Shown: positions 25,140-39,665 of the stretch, piece after piece
Layout of the letters: each line of letters opens with the position of its first letter
Position numbering within the stretch: position 1 is the stretch's first letter
Origin: Spizellomyces punctatus DAOM BR117
Lineage: Eukaryota
Reading direction: 5' to 3' (one strand)
DNA length: 64,000 bases
Assembly (NCBI GenBank): GCA_000182565.2
Contig: KQ257461.1
Notes under the pieces: generated by a model
Database searches by the model: none
What the model saw: the letters and a program-made list of their open reading frames with translations, nothing else
What the model was told of the DNA's origin: nothing
Program-made: the position numbers and the translations under genes

Positions 25140-26051
25140 TCATGCGGGTCTAAAGCGACTGGCCACTGCCAGTAGCGCCTGTTTGGGACTCACAAACAAG
25201 GCGGTTGCCTCGACAAAAGTCGTTTGACCATCTAACGACTCTATCTTTGCTTCCCCATATGCCTTTCTTCCGTCTAATTTGTTGAGTTTCGACCGCAGAA
25301 CAATGAATTGATTCACTTCGACTGGCTTTCGATAATTCAAAGTGAGGTTTGCAGTGAAGCCCGTTTGATAAGGTAGAGATGGAATAGTCTATGGATAAAA
25401 AGATGGATAATGATATTAATGAGCGCACTCCCAAACCAGCAACCACCATGACGAAACATACCGATCTTGCAATCATTTCATCCATGAGGGTTGCCAGCAC
25501 ACCCCCGTGCACTATCTTATCATGTCCTGAAAGTCTTTCGCCAACGTGCAACACAGCAACACATTCAGTCATGTCCTTGTTGTGAAACAATGCTGGCCGG
25601 AGAGCAAACTGTCAAATACCATGAGATCACGCGTCAAACACCACCCATCGCACTATTCCAAAATGAGACCCACCTTGCCCTTGCCTCTCAGAGTTCCGGC
25701 GGTAAAATTCCTATGCAACCGTCCCCCACTTAAATAACTGTACGGATCCACCTCCTTCCACTGAGGATCTTGCCTCATTTCTTTGACAAGATCATGCCCA
25801 TCTCGTTCCGCCTGCAACAAAGCCGCGTAAGCAAGCTCATCGTCATCGGATGCTGTGCTGAGTGGGTCCGTAGAAGGTGTGAAGAGCTGGTAGGTTACGA
25901 AAGAACTTGCTGCTGCAGCGCCAAGTGTCGAGGAGAGGAAGAGCAGGGAAGAGCGACGAGGAGGTGTTGTAGAATAGAGACGTCGGGAGGGAACCCGATA
26001 AATTGGCGGTCTGCGAACTGTACACGCGAGGAAGAATGGTTTTGAAGCCAT
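25140..26051 (-). CDS. Hotdog-fold acyl-CoA thioesterase (THEM4/PaaI-like), likely mitochondrial, 3 exons
   Basis: Arg/Ser-rich N-terminal presequence plus a TM segment, FTAGTLRGKGK, LSGHDKIVHGGVLATLMDE, TANL.LNYRKP, EATALFV. Confidence 0.85.
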
Positions 26052-26301
26052 GATGAGGAGATGAAGCCTGCGAAGGAGACAAAGATGGGGGAACTTGTGC
26101 AGATGCTCGGCAATTGTTGATCCCGCCACGATCGATGTGGGGTCACATGATTAATCATGTCATCAACAATTGTAAAGGTGGCCTTTGACAAAGCGGTCTA
26201 GTTATCAAGGCTTTAGCGATAGCCGCCTGTTTATGCCCAATACACCACCCAATATCTGCTATTTACAAATATATATAAGTACAAAATATATGATCAGATA
26301 T

Positions 26302-27099
26302 TCATACAGTTCCCTCTCCAACAGGTGGTCCAGGAGCGTTGCTGGGCGACGTTGAGCGGAGCTGATCCGACTTTGGCTGTCCAGCCACAAGATCAGATGC
26401 GGATTGAAGATTCTCCAAAGTCGTGTCCGACGAGGCTTCATCAATTTCAGATCCGAGATCTCCAGCTTGTGCCATGCCCACAATGGAACTTAACGGTGTG
26501 GTAAAAGCACCTAGAACAAATGCATACACCGCTTTGAAAATCTGTGGACCCGGCCAGCCGCTAACTTGGTCGCCGGATGCCAGGCCCGTCCACGTCGCAC
26601 ATGCAAGCCCAATGCCGATCCCCCAAAAAATCGGCAGTACACAAATGGAGACAACAAAGCCTCGCACTGCTGCGTTTCCTAATCGACGCATCCTCTCTGT
26701 AAAGGGCAGACCCGCGGCAAATATGTCAAGAGAGCTGGCACACAGCCATCCTAGAAAACCTCTTCGCGGCAACGTCCATTTTGATGACGTGTCCTCGTTG
26801 TGACTTGTTATGATAGGTTGGGTTACTCCCTTCCGTACGTCATTGTGAACCAGACCACCGTCAATGATCCATGTAAGAGTTACTTGTATGAGTACTGTCA
26901 CCGCGGCGTCACCCGCAATCGTATTTGGCAGTTTCCACAGGTAGGTTGGCTGGTCCCGATACATGAAGTATGCGATAACAAAGTTGATACCAGCGTCTAG
27001 AATACCGGCACCAAGAGAGTGCATTAGCAGGAGGTACAGTACTTGGCGAGTAGTGAGCGGCGGTAAAAGCGCTCGCATTTCGAACTTTTTGATTGCCAT
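26302..27099 (-). CDS. Multi-pass membrane protein of unknown function
   Basis: 265-aa intronless ORF with about 4 hydrophobic segments; LPNTIAGDAAVTVLIQVTLTW. Confidence 0.7.
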   Translation of the reverse strand: MAIKKFEMRALLPPLTTRQVLYLLLMHSLGAGILDAGINFVIAYFMYRDQPTYLWKLPNTIAGDAAVTVLIQVTLTWIIDGGLVHNDVRKGVTQPIITSHNEDTSSKWTLPRRGFLGWLCASSLDIFAAGLPFTERMRRLGNAAVRGFVVSICVLPIFWGIGIGLACATWTGLASGDQVSGWPGPQIFKAVYAFVLGAFTTPLSSIVGMAQAGDLGSEIDEASSDTTLENLQSASDLVAGQPKSDQLRSTSPSNAPGPPVGEGTV

Positions 27100-27366
27100 T
27101 TCTGACTGCCAGCATGACGAACGTTAACGCTTTGCCTCATCGGCAAAAGGGAGCGATGCGTAAGCAATCCCGTGACTGATGGCTTAGCTGACTGTGTTGG
27201 TCATCCACTGTTCCATTCGTTGCTCGCCGCCCATCTCTCGCGGACTAGAGGGACTTATACCGACATTGGTCAGGAAGAAAGTGATAGAAATAGCGTGAAA
27301 CCTGTTGAAAACGTACAGAGCTGGCATATAACAAGGCCAATGGTGGAATTTGGTTGAGTCTATGTA

Positions 27367-30300
27367 ATGGACTGGCTGAAAAAGACGGCGGGTCGAATTA
27401 AGCACCCCCAGCCACATCAAGATCGTCCCACGCTCAGTATACCCTCGACAGTAGAAGTAGGACGATTCGAAGTATCACAGACTGCAGTTGGCTGCTGTGC
27501 TTTGGGTGGACGGCACGATGGCACTTTTGGAGATGATGATGAGGGGTGGAGGATGCGGAGATTGTGGAAGTCGTATGACAAGCATAGAAAGCGAAAGGAC
27601 ATACACGGAGATCCCGAGTCACCTGAGAAATGTGCAGAGCTTGGTGGATTGGATGCTGCTGCCTCCGAGGCTACTCCTGAAAATGATCTCCTAACAAGCT
27701 ACTTGCGAGCCTTTGGCGCGCGCTTTGGGCCGCTGACAGAAATAGATGAGATACGGAATATGAGAAAGATGTTTTCAGAGAGCCACATGAAGCACGGTTT
27801 GGACCCCAAGCAGTCTACTGGATTCCCTTTCAGCCGACATTCTGCGACAGCGTCTGGCCCTCCTTCCCAGGTCACATCTCCACTGGCCCCACCAGCGCTT
27901 GGACATCCTCACGTAGCTGTCTTGGGTATGATTGAAGTCTTGGAGCATCTCGCAGCTGAACACCATGCAAAATTGGTTGCTCGTCCTGCGAATTATGAAA
28001 ACCTCTTGTCGCGAACGTTGCATATTTTTCAACACATGGAGCTCTTATCGCGTTTTGATGGTAACCGGGATGCCATGGTGCAACATGGGGCGATCAACAG
28101 CATCGCACTTATTTTAACGCTTAGCGTCCATGTAAATAATGCAAATCAAGATAGACACGATCGTATCCACGAGGCTACTGAGTCGACGACGACTATTCAT
28201 TACTTATCACTGGCCCTGATGATTATACAAAGATGCTCCGACCCAGAAGCCGCATGGGAGCGGTTTATTCGCAATGGCGGTAGGGAGCGAGCGAACGAGG
28301 ACACTAGTCATCCACCACGAAGGGGACGGGCAAGCGCGGCTTTCTCCGAGCCCACCACACGGCATATATTGGACGCGTTATTTGTCCTTTTGACTGAGGG
28401 AAGCCATAAGTTAAATATCAATCGTCTGATCTTGATAGTCCATGCCATAAATGCTTTGGGCTGCCTGTTGGTAACTCAAGGTTCCACGGTGTTGGCTATT
28501 TTGACTGAAGCATCGCACAAACTGGAGGTCCTTTGCAACATAGTGGGCGATCTGGCCTACGATAATAGAACTTTTAGCGTTCAAAGTAGCTCCGATACAT
28601 ATGATGAGAACGTTAATGCGTTGCGCTACCGTTTCATTGGTCGGATACTCGCATGGTACTTGGTGGAGCTCCTCTCAGCGAACGATCCCCGTTGCCGGGA
28701 ACACATGAAAGCGCTAAACTGGCCCCAGAAAGTAGCGAGTTTCCTTGTGTGGACGGCAGCCGTTACTCCTCGTTGTCCGCAGCTGAATGACAGCGTCGAT
28801 GGGAACACAGAGAGGTATTATAGCTTTTTTCCGGAAACTCGTCACCGTACAGCAGATACAGGAGTTGAAGGGATCGGGGGAATGCCATGTCCATTATGGC
28901 CTGTACCGGCCTTGGAACGTTCACCGGACGATTGGGATACAATGTGGCCAAGTGGATCGGCGTCGATGAATTTGGATTTTATCATGTCGCAACCACTTGG
29001 CACTGAGGAGGTGGAACTCGTCTTCCTTCTGGAAGAGATGTTTTGTCTTCATGACTGTCATAACAGCTGGAGTACAGAATATGTTCCGCGGGCATCAGCG
29101 GCAAGATCTAGCGGTTTTGGTGATAGATCTGCTTCAAGCATTTACCAGCAAGTCGACGAAGAAAGCATTTCGGCGGCCCTTAACGGCGCGTTGAAAATGA
29201 TGTACGATGTTTTCGCCGACGATGGAATCGCCCACCAGGAAGATAATTGTTCCCGGCGAATTGCTCTTGGGTACGCTGAGGATCACTTCCCGCGTTTGCA
29301 ACTGGGCTTTATCAAGCTTCTTGCTGGCTTGATCATATACGACAAAGACGCAGCCGTCACGAAGGCTCGGATAAGTTGGTTGTTGAAATGGATGGATGAC
29401 CTAAATGTATGGGAATTGCTTCTAGGTCCTCGATTCTACATGTGGGGAACCGCCTATGCCGGCGAGCGAGCCATCCGTGCTCGGCAGGCGATGAGAACGA
29501 GTATCTTGACTCTCATTGTCTACTGTGGCACGTTGGCTGAAGACAGCAACGATCGACCATGTCGTGCCTTGCTGTCCTTGTTGAGTAAGCACCAAGTGGA
29601 GTACCCTGAGATAATCCGTGACACATGCGGTGCACTTTGCTTGATTATACGAGCAAGGCCGGTCACCCAAGAGACGTTTCGCCGTTTGAATGCTTTTGAA
29701 ACGCTCCTTCCCGTTCTTACATTTTGCACATCAGAGAGCGTTACCGATGTGTCTTACCGTTTTCCCATATTTGCCTTATTCAAGTCCGTATTGGCCAACA
29801 ACAAAGAGATGTCAATATATGCATTTCTGAACCGTCCGATTCTCAATTGTTTCTTCACCCTTCTGGGGTCATCCCACATTCCCACGTCTTGCTTTGCTCA
29901 ACGCCGCATTTTTGACATTGTAACTGTCTTGGCGACGGATTATCCCACCTATGGTCGATGGGGCATTATCGTTCAACCCTCACTGACACCTACGACTCCA
30001 ATGACACCAGCCACCCCGGACCAAGAGACGACTCCAGAAGTCATGCGAAGATATCTTGAATGCTTTCCTGGTTTGATAGATCAGCAGGACAAGCTGGATT
30101 TGCAACTTCGATTATTGAGAGGCATACGAGATTTTGTGGGGGAAACTGCTGAAGATATCAGTATGGCGCTCAAACATGCACTCATCAAAGCAAAAGTCTT
30201 TCAGTTTCTCATGAGTGTCCTGAGTGTCAAAGTTCATCTTGAGAGTAGCCATGATAATGGCGGGACATCTTTGAACCGTGAATATCACGAATTAGTCGAA

Positions 30301-33300
30301 ATGGTCATTTTCACCGTTGCAACGTTGATTCGCGACGATGAAATGGCGAAGAAGTCGTTCCGGGAACTGCATGGATACGACGAGATTCGAACCCGGATTT
30401 GCCTGAAAGGCGGATGGCAATGTTGGCCAGGGCTGTTAAATTCCCTTTTCTTTCTCCTCGCCGATGGTAGAGACGCTCCTTACCGTGTGCGAAACCTTGA
30501 TGTGGTCGACGCCTTGTTCCAGTTCTACGAGCATTGCAATCAACAACTTCGTGGGCAAATGATCTGCGACCTTGATCGAATTGCCGCTGCACATGAACCT
30601 AGTAAGGCGGCTTTACATTGTGCAGGCATTGTAAACAAGATTTTGAGAACCGTCTTACCTCTGGCCACCGATGAAGAGCATCTGCAACAAGTAATGCAGC
30701 TGCTCAAGACAGTTGCAACCTACTCATTGACAGTAGCTGAAGTGAAGCTTCTGCTCAAATGTTTGCGTCGGCGAGATCTTTCCAGCGACCGTTTAGTGAG
30801 CTCAATCACGTCCTATCCCTGGTCATCACTGGCATGGTCCGAACAAAGACATTCTAGTGTGTTGGACTTACGTGATACCGAAACAGAGCTTCCTTTTTGG
30901 TATGATGCGTTGGTGCGGACCGTAGTCGAAATTGCTCGACGGCAAGCTGGAGACCTGGATCTCTTTTGCTTCGACGGTACAGGGGGCATGATCGCGAAGG
31001 GACTTGACAAATGGCCAGTATCCGCGGGAGGCTGGAGTTTTATGACATGGATTTGGATTGATGCAGAAGAAGGTGGAGGCGATCCCACGAAAGAAGAATC
31101 CACCGTATTTGCATTACGAACTTCCACTGGCGACAACGGACTGGATATTTCACTCCTCCGGGACGTCTTGACAGTCAGAGTGACGAAGGCCCATCGACCC
31201 CATGTTGCGTCGGTCACCAACTACCCCGTTGCTCCCAATCAGTGGCACTCTGTTGTCATTTCACATGGAAGCCCTAAACTACCATGGGCCACCTCTTCCG
31301 AAGCATTAGTGTACATCGATGGGGTGATCAGATGGAGGGGAAAACTTGAATATCCTGATGTCGCGACGTACAGCATTGCGCGCGTTGGTGCATCAGCTCC
31401 AGTGACGGGACTCACCCAAAGCAATACTTCGTTAACTTTTTATGCAAACTCATTTACGGGACAGATGACCTCCATATACCTCTTGGATGACATCCTTAGC
31501 CACCATCAGGCAACATCGGTTCATCAGCTGGGGCCATCTCAAGCTTCTCGCCTTGGAAAAGGAAGCAATGCACGCTCTTCCGGCGCCGAACTTGAAACCG
31601 TAGACGCTGATAGAGTCGTCATGCAGTTTCATCCGATGGCTACCAGAATATTGAATGTGAAAGACAAGCATTTTTATTCATCTAAAAAGCGAAGAAAGCA
31701 CTCCGAAATTCCGCAAGGCAAGGAGAAAATGGCTGGCATAGTCACGTCAGCTACAAAGTGTTTTTGCACCGCTGTACATGCCCTTGGTGGGATCGGAATT
31801 CTGATTCCAATCCTTGCCCAAGTTGATTTGAAAGCGGGATATTCTGGTACCGCACAGAGCGGCACTCAAGTATCGTACAACGTCAAGGACGAGAATGCTA
31901 TCAAAATAAGCCGGACCAAGCTCTTCTTCGATCTATTAGCGACGGTGATATCCGGCGACCCCGTCCATCAGGATAGGCTTGCGGCTATGTCCGGTCCAAA
32001 AGTGATGTCGAGCTTACTACAGCAAAACAATCCTGCAGGATTAGGGCTGGAAGTTTTAGACGCTCTTGTTAACGTAACACAGGTGAGTTATCTTCGAATA
32101 TCTCCAAGATATCATCAAGGCCACGATCAATAAATGATTAGCGTGAATCCGTATAGGAGTCGTGTTTCCATCTCGCGCTTTTCAGTGATATGGAGAAGTA
32201 CCTAATATTCGACTCGCGTATATGGACGCATGCTGCAGAAGAAGTTCAAATAGAATATTACCAATCTGTTCATCAACTTCTCGCGAGGGATATTGAAAGA
32301 TACCGGGATCGCTATGGCGCAGGATTCTGGGTCGACGTTTTGGAAAAGTTCTATCGGTACACGGGCCCTAACATGTCAGAACTAACACAGCCACTGCAGT
32401 CTCATCGGGGCTCCCGCGAATCAACTGCACTACTGCGACGCTTTATTTTTGGGATTATAAAGGAGTTCCTGTTAAAGTCACCGTCTGCAGATGACGTCGG
32501 ACGAATCGTTCAGGTACTTTCGTGCTCAGATGATAATGTACATATCGCGGAACTGTTATCTGTAGTGGTCGAGATCAGCGTCCATCACCCGGAAAGCAGG
32601 CTTGCAGAACGATTTTTGAGTCACGGTGGCGGCGAATCCTTGTTCTTACTGTCGCTCAATAATACCCTGGAGCGCACGAGAGTTTTGGCTTTGCAGATGA
32701 TGTTGATAATCCTCAAGTCCCACAGCACCAGCGACAAATGGAAGAAGCGAATAAAATTGGAGGAAGTTGGATGGCTGGGTAGCACTGTGGCAGTGGGGAA
32801 CACGGGTGGGTCAGGTCCAGGTGTCCTCGCCAGGATTCTTGTCTACCATTCCTTTACCGCACCCATCTATTATGCATTCCTGCAGTTGGCGCTTGAAGAG
32901 CAAGTTTTAGATTGGGAAACGCAAGAGGTTCTTGTGGCCCCTGTCGAGCTACGCAATGCTAAAATCAAGAACGTAGGATATATCCAAACTCTATTGGAGC
33001 TCGCTGCTGGCTCAGGCACGACAATCAAGTTGAGAATCGAAGTGCTACGAGACATCTTAGTTCTCGGATGCCGCAATGGAAATGGAGAAAGTATACGAAA
33101 GATAGCGAGGTGGCAGTCACTCTTGATGGCTATATTCGATGGGCGTAGTATGAGAAAAGAAAGCCGGGTGACCCAGGTGCAAGAGCAAGGAGGTCGACAC
33201 ATTCACTTGGAGAATCCGAGCCACCGGAAATATCAAACCCATCCGCGCAAGCTGATGAAACACGATTATCCAACTTGGGTTTCGAGACTCTGACCACATT

Positions 33301-36300
33301 TACCCTAGATACATTTGACTTGGAGCGTAAATCATGGCGGTGTGTGGAGGAGATTGCGATATCTGCGTGGCTGACAAAACGCGAAGACGAAGCATATACC
33401 TTCTTGAGGACATTTTTGTTACGGTTACTTTCGGCGGTCAAAGGTGAGATCGGCGGAGGCGATTGGAGAAATTTCTCAGGTGCTAAAATGGTATGAGATA
33501 ACTTGTTTGACCAAGGGTCCTTACAGTATGCTGATGTGAACGTTCCTGTTGCAGGAGAATATTGCACACTTACTCCTATTTGTCGAGGAGTTTATGTTTA
33601 ATCACCATGATCTGCGTGATGCTTTGATGCGGGATCTGCATACCGAAGGTGCGTTCTAAGGCACATACTTGCAAAGTGATGCCAAGGTGAAGAGACTTCC
33701 CTAAATTTTCCTATCGATTCATGACGTTTAGACCCAAAACGACTGTTCTTTATACCTAACCTGCAAGAACTCCTGTCAGCCGGCCCACCTAGTGCCGCAA
33801 CGGGTGACTTGACTGTCCGAATGTCTTTCCCATTAGGCGAATGTCGCGACCTCGTCGAAGAGTATCTGGAAGTGCTTTCCTCTTTGATCGACTTTGGCAT
33901 CACCCACGTCCATTTGACAGATGGAGCCGAAAAGGTGTCAAAGAGTGCGTTGCGCTTTGCTGGCTCTTCTTAGACTGATAGCCCATACTACCTTTTTTGC
34001 AGAGCCACCTTCGGTCGGGGGGTTTAGTACGACTAGCCATCAGAATATTGCTGAGTGCTTTCACGGTCCCTGACGAAAGCATATGGCATATGGCATTGCG
34101 ACATCTCATTCCGTTATTGGACAAACATGCAATGACCTTCTCAGAGGGGAAGGTCAAAGAAAGAGGCTTTTATGTTTTGGGACATGTGCATGAGATATTT
34201 GTAGTGTAAGTAGCACGCATATCGACGTGTATGTCTCACGCCTAATGCTTTCCCATGAGCAGTGCACAGCGGTCCCGCGATCTCGATGGTGAAGTCGCGA
34301 AGGTCGATCATCGAATTGTCCTGCCGCTTTATATGCTGGTTATGACACGATGGCGAGAAGCTGTGGCTAGCCTTGTAGAGGCCAGTGAGGCCGCCGGTGA
34401 TGCGGCGCTTATATCGGAGACGCTGCTCAATGAGGCCTTGGCAGATCAACAGATTTTCAACCACCTGGTGACATCCCCAGTTTGGGATAGCGTATATGAC
34501 ACCAGTCTGTTCCCGGCCATGAAAATGGTCGAGGAAGACGAATTCGCCATGGTTCCTCTTGTGACTAGGCGGTTTTCACGGATGTCTAGGTCCACGTGTA
34601 CTCGGTGGGCCAAAGAAGAGGCAGCCTTAGAGCGCGCAAAGGAGTTCATATGCGGCATTCTGGAACGGGTGGCTAGAAAAAGACGGGGGGATGAGAACCA
34701 GAGAAGCGTCGACTGTGAAAAGGAAGAAGAACTAGAGAAAAGGATGGTGGGTAGACAACTCTGTCTATTGTGGCGAACCTTGACGCAAGAAAGGGGAATG
34801 TGGGCGCCAGTGGAGGATGGAAATAATGGGAGCAAGAGTAGCGTAAAGTGGAAGCTGGACAGGGCGGAGAACTATCTGAGGATGCGCCGGCGGTTGACTC
34901 CAAACTGGGAATTCGATGATCATGTGAATGCATCAGCCAAAAGGGACAAGACATTCAAGCCAGACGATAGTGTTCCTCGTGGGGAGAGCCCAAGGCTGTC
35001 ACGAGCTAGCACGTTCAGCAGTATTTCAGCGGTCGACAGGAAGAGGAGTCAGATGGACAAGCTCAGGTCTCAGATAGAGAATGGTCTCGGGATTCCGCCT
35101 GACCTGTTAAAAGAGGTTAGTATAACAAGCTTGGGAAGCTTGGCAGCGGACGACGACAATGACCTCGGCGAGGAAGAATGGAGCGTTTTGAATGAGGATG
35201 ATTTGCTTGGATCTAATGCTACCAGCGGCGCCACGGGTAGCGCAAGTAAAGGCGATCGACTTCTCTATAGCGCTGATTGCGAGATGATCCTCCTCATGAC
35301 TCCTGTGAAGGGTCGTATTGAAGTGACTGCGTCCCACCTCACTTTCACCGCAGACATCAAAGCCACGACTTTGGGGCTATGCGAGTCGGAACGTGAAGCT
35401 GTGATGATACTCCTCGTCGACAACGATGCGCTGCTAAAGGAGCGACGGTGGTCGCTCGACGACTTATGCGACTGCTATCTCCGCCGTTACATGCTACGCA
35501 AAAGTGCTGTCGAACTGTTCTTTTCAGATAAGACGAATTATCTTTTCAACTTCCCGGGGGCAGGCAAAACGGCAGGTAAGGACCGATTGAAATTTCTGAA
35601 GTGTCTGGTGAGCTGTCGACCCGTCCAATTGGCAAACGTTGATGTGCGGAGTAGCCCGTGTGATGTGGTAAAAAAGAGCCCTGTGACTGAGCGGTGGGTC
35701 AGAAGAGAAATTAGTAATTTTGAGTACCTGATGTGGTTAAATACTGTTAGCGGTGAGTGCGTTATCAATACTCTGATATCGCTGCAGATATCTAATAATT
35801 GTAATCTTGGCTGTAGGGCGGACTTACAATGATCTCACTCAATATCCCGTCTTTCCTTGGTACTCCCATCGTTCTATTTCAGGCCTAATGACACGACTTG
35901 TATTAAGAATATTTGAACAGGATTATTCGCGATTATGAGAGCGAAACGTTAGATATTACCGACCCTTCCATTTACCGCGATTTATCAAAACCTGTTGGAG
36001 CGCTGGATGAGACACGGCTGGCCCAATACCTTGAGCGGTACAAGGCCTTCGAAGACCCCACAGGCCGAATCAAGAAGTTCCATTATGGGACACACTACTC
36101 CTCTGCAGCAGCTGTCGTGTTCTACTTGCTAAGACTGGAACCTTTCACAACTCTGCACATCACATTACAAGGTGGAAAATTCGATCATCCGGATCGGTAC
36201 GTGCGACACACAGCTTGCTCTCTTTTTTTCTGAGGATATCTTATGTCGATGTTTAAATAGGCAGTTTCATTCACTGCAAAGCTGTTGGAAATCCGTTCTT

Positions 36301-38292
36301 GCTGGAAGTGGTGATGTTAAAGAGCTAATACCGGAGTTCTTTTACATGCCGGAATTTCTAACCAACGATGTAAGAATAATGTATCCGGCATCCCGTCTAC
36401 GTGCTCTTTCGATAATTAACTTTATGTCCCTCTCTCAAATTGCAGAACAGATTTGATCTTGGGGTAAAGCAAACCGGCGAGGTTTTGAACGATGTACTTC
36501 TCCCACCATGGGCAAAAACCCCAGAGGACTTTGTGCGGATCCACCGTGAAGCTTTGGAAAGTGATTTTGTTTCCGAGCACCTGAACGAATGGATAGATCT
36601 CATTTGGGGCTACAAGCAAACTGGAGAAGAAGCAGTGAAAGCGCACAATGTCTTCTATTATTTAACCTACGAAGGGGCTATCAACATTGATGCCATAAAG
36701 GACCCCATGGAACGTCGATCAATTGAAGATCAAATCAATAACTTCGGACAAACACCGTCCCAATTATTCAAGAAACCACATCCTAAGCGGGCTCCAAATG
36801 ACGAATGTGAGGTTAGCACCTTATTTGATGCCCCGGAAGATCACAGAAGCTACTTGATCGAGTCAAAAGGAGCAGAAATACACTTCATTGCTGCTTGTGT
36901 GGATGAATCAATGGCGCCAGGAGGTGGTGGGACTGAGGGGCATCAAGGCTTACATCAGTGGTCTCGACAGTCACACACTCCTGCCCTTCCGACATGGGCT
37001 GGATCCGACGGCAGCAAGGTGATAACCGTGGATGGCGACATGTGCTTTCGTGCCCATAAATGGAGCGGTGGTATAGATGCTCCATTTGCCTTCGAAGCTG
37101 ATAACACAGCGCTACGGAAACGGTTAGTATATCGTATGAAGGGTTTGTTATATTCGAGCGATCGGGGCTCACAGTCTTGCATTTGTTCAGCAAAATTCCA
37201 ACCCAGCTTGCATCAACTACTCATCCACACTCACAGCTCTTTGCTGTCACCCACAATGGCCGGTATCTTATCTCTGGTGGTAGCTGGGACGCATCTTTTC
37301 AGGTCATACAGCTTGACCTACATCACGGCCATGGTTCACCACGAATTGTGGATGCTGTTCATGGGCATCGTGACATTGTAACATGCATTGCCATTGGGGA
37401 GGATGATCGGACAATCGCAAGTGGATCGGCAGATACCACGGTGATGACTTGGGAAATTGATGGTATGAGTGGCTGTGTCGAAAAGGCAAGACCACGAGTG
37501 TTCTGCGGGCACGATGATCAGGTATAATGTGGGGATTGGCATTGAATATGATGCAATTGCTAACTTATCACCGGCTACATTCAGGTGACTGCTGTCGCAG
37601 TTAATGTCGAGCATGGTATTGTGGTCAGCGGCTCCAAGGTTCGTCTATCCGTGGTTCTGCTCGCTCAATCGGATACCAACCCTTTTCATCATTGCATTGT
37701 CTAGGATGGCTCTGTGATAATACATACGCTCCATGACACCCGATATCTACGCACACTTCGTCCACTTCCATCCAAATCCAGTGAGATTCTGTGCATCCAT
37801 CGCGTCCTTATTACCTCCCTTGCCTGCATTGTGGTTTACACTGAAGCGGCATGTCGCGAAACGCCTACTCCCTCTGGCCCCTTACACGGTGCCACTATCC
37901 CTGCAAATGTTGCTCCAAGCAACGTGTGTTATCTACACACATATACCATCAACGGGAAATCAATGCACACACGAATGTTTATAACACGACTAAATGATAT
38001 AAAGGCATCCAGAGATGGAGGCTTCTTGGTTGGTGCGGATGAGAAAGGCGGGATTGTAGTCATGAAGACACCTAGGTGGGTTGCATTCCTAAAATTCTGG
38101 TTACCTGTTGATTCAACCCCTAACCATGCGGCCGCCCACTCTTGCAGCCTTCATATCACACACCGCTTTGATGTATCAATGAGTGTACTGAGCGTTTCGA
38201 TCTCTCAGGACCAGCGATATCTGTTCTTGGGGCGAATGGATGGGACGCTGTTAGTCATTGGCCATGAACGGGTCAGGAAGCTGCTGAGATGA
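27367..38292 (+). CDS. BEACH-domain protein (neurobeachin-like/NBEAL type: helical N-terminus, ConA-like domain, PH, BEACH, WD40), multi-exon
   Basis: [14 protein letters not shown] (PH), [90 protein letters not shown]40 repeats such as GHRDIVTC. Confidence 0.95.
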
Positions 38293-38452
38293 CCATAATT
38301 TGTAAATGTAGATGTAAATAAGAGATCCTCGCCACGAAAGTATATAGTGGAGCGAATTTATTAGGCATTGGTGCAGACACAGGTTTCGCTCACTAGCATG
38401 TCCTACACTTTGAAATTTACTAATGTACAGAGGGTATACAACGTATCCATAA

Positions 38453-39274
38453 TCATCTCCCACCAACTTTCACAGTTCCCCTTGAAGTTCTGAACTCGTT
38501 ATATGTCCTGCATTTTGTTGCAGAGACAGGTTTTTCCCTTCTTTTCGTGAGGTTCTGATCCGCATAATCCGGTTTGCCGGTCAAGAGGTCGCACATTTCT
38601 TTTGTCAACTTGTATGCCACCTCGACGATGTTAAAAGCAGTCTTTGGTCTTCTATTTTGGATTACCCGATATCGGGTTTCAGTGCCTGCAACGATGCGCA
38701 ACGTTGAACTGAACAGATTGATGTTGGGGGATAGAGTGCAGTCGGATCCAAAGTTCTCAGCGGGGGTTGAAGGGTTGTCAACAACGAGTTTGGTGTCGAT
38801 CACGAGGGCATCACAGTTCACAATAGACAGGATTCGTTGGGCGAGTTCTAAAGTATCTTCTGCTACACTGGATTCTACGCCCCTTGAAAATGGAATCCCA
38901 TTCACGTTGCTGGCTCGATCAAGAGTCTCCTCGCATGCCGCTTGCAGTCGGCCCTCAATGCACACTCTCGGTAACTCCGATTTGGTCGACGGCAGCAGGA
39001 AGTATGCCAAAGATCCTACTCTACCGCCATGTACCTTAGAGGTTGAAGGCGCTAGCTTTCGCGGTGATTTGATGGACTGATCAGAAACGCTCCTTCGACA
39101 TCTCAGGCCGTCTTCCACAATGGCTTCGAGCATCTCGACCCAGTAATGGTACGTTGCTTCGCTGGGTGATGGTAACTGAAAAGATACTACTCGTTGATAT
39201 GACATCGTGGCGTATGTTACTGGTATTACAGTCGCAGCTTCAGAAGGCAGAGTAGAGGATAGACTGATATCCAT
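38453..39274 (-). CDS. Hypothetical protein
   Basis: 273-aa uninterrupted ATG ORF; no motif recognised. Confidence 0.5.
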   Translation of the reverse strand: MDISLSSTLPSEAATVIPVTYATMSYQRVVSFQLPSPSEATYHYWVEMLEAIVEDGLRCRRSVSDQSIKSPRKLAPSTSKVHGGRVGSLAYFLLPSTKSELPRVCIEGRLQAACEETLDRASNVNGIPFSRGVESSVAEDTLELAQRILSIVNCDALVIDTKLVVDNPSTPAENFGSDCTLSPNINLFSSTLRIVAGTETRYRVIQNRRPKTAFNIVEVAYKLTKEMCDLLTGKPDYADQNLTKRREKPVSATKCRTYNEFRTSRGTVKVGGR

Positions 39275-39665
39275 CCTGCTTTCTCTGGCTTTTATATTTC
39301 TTCACGCTCTGGTCTTGGCTGTTTCTTGGCCCGTCCTTGGCCTACTTGCCAAGACATACCAAGGAGTAAAGCAAGGTATGCAAACGCATTGACCGTAAAC
39401 AAACTAAGGGTCGACGCTAAAAAAAGTACATGTTATTATGAATGTTCTAATTAGACTATTCCTTTGGGGCTCATCTTGGCAGCGGACAAACCGGCAACAA
39501 TTAACGGATCACATTGATACAGGATCCCCAAATCACAAAAGTTAGGGTCGACACTATAAAAGTATCCTGTTACTATGAAGTCTTTAATTGTACCCTTATT
39601 GTAAAGCAGGCAATCAAGTTCCGCGGTTAGCCGGAATGGTAAAAGCATAGCTGACGTTGGTTATA

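Noticed and set aside
38574-39080. 168-aa plus-strand ORF
   Set aside because: Lies fully antisense to the longer 273-aa ORF and starts at a non-ATG codon
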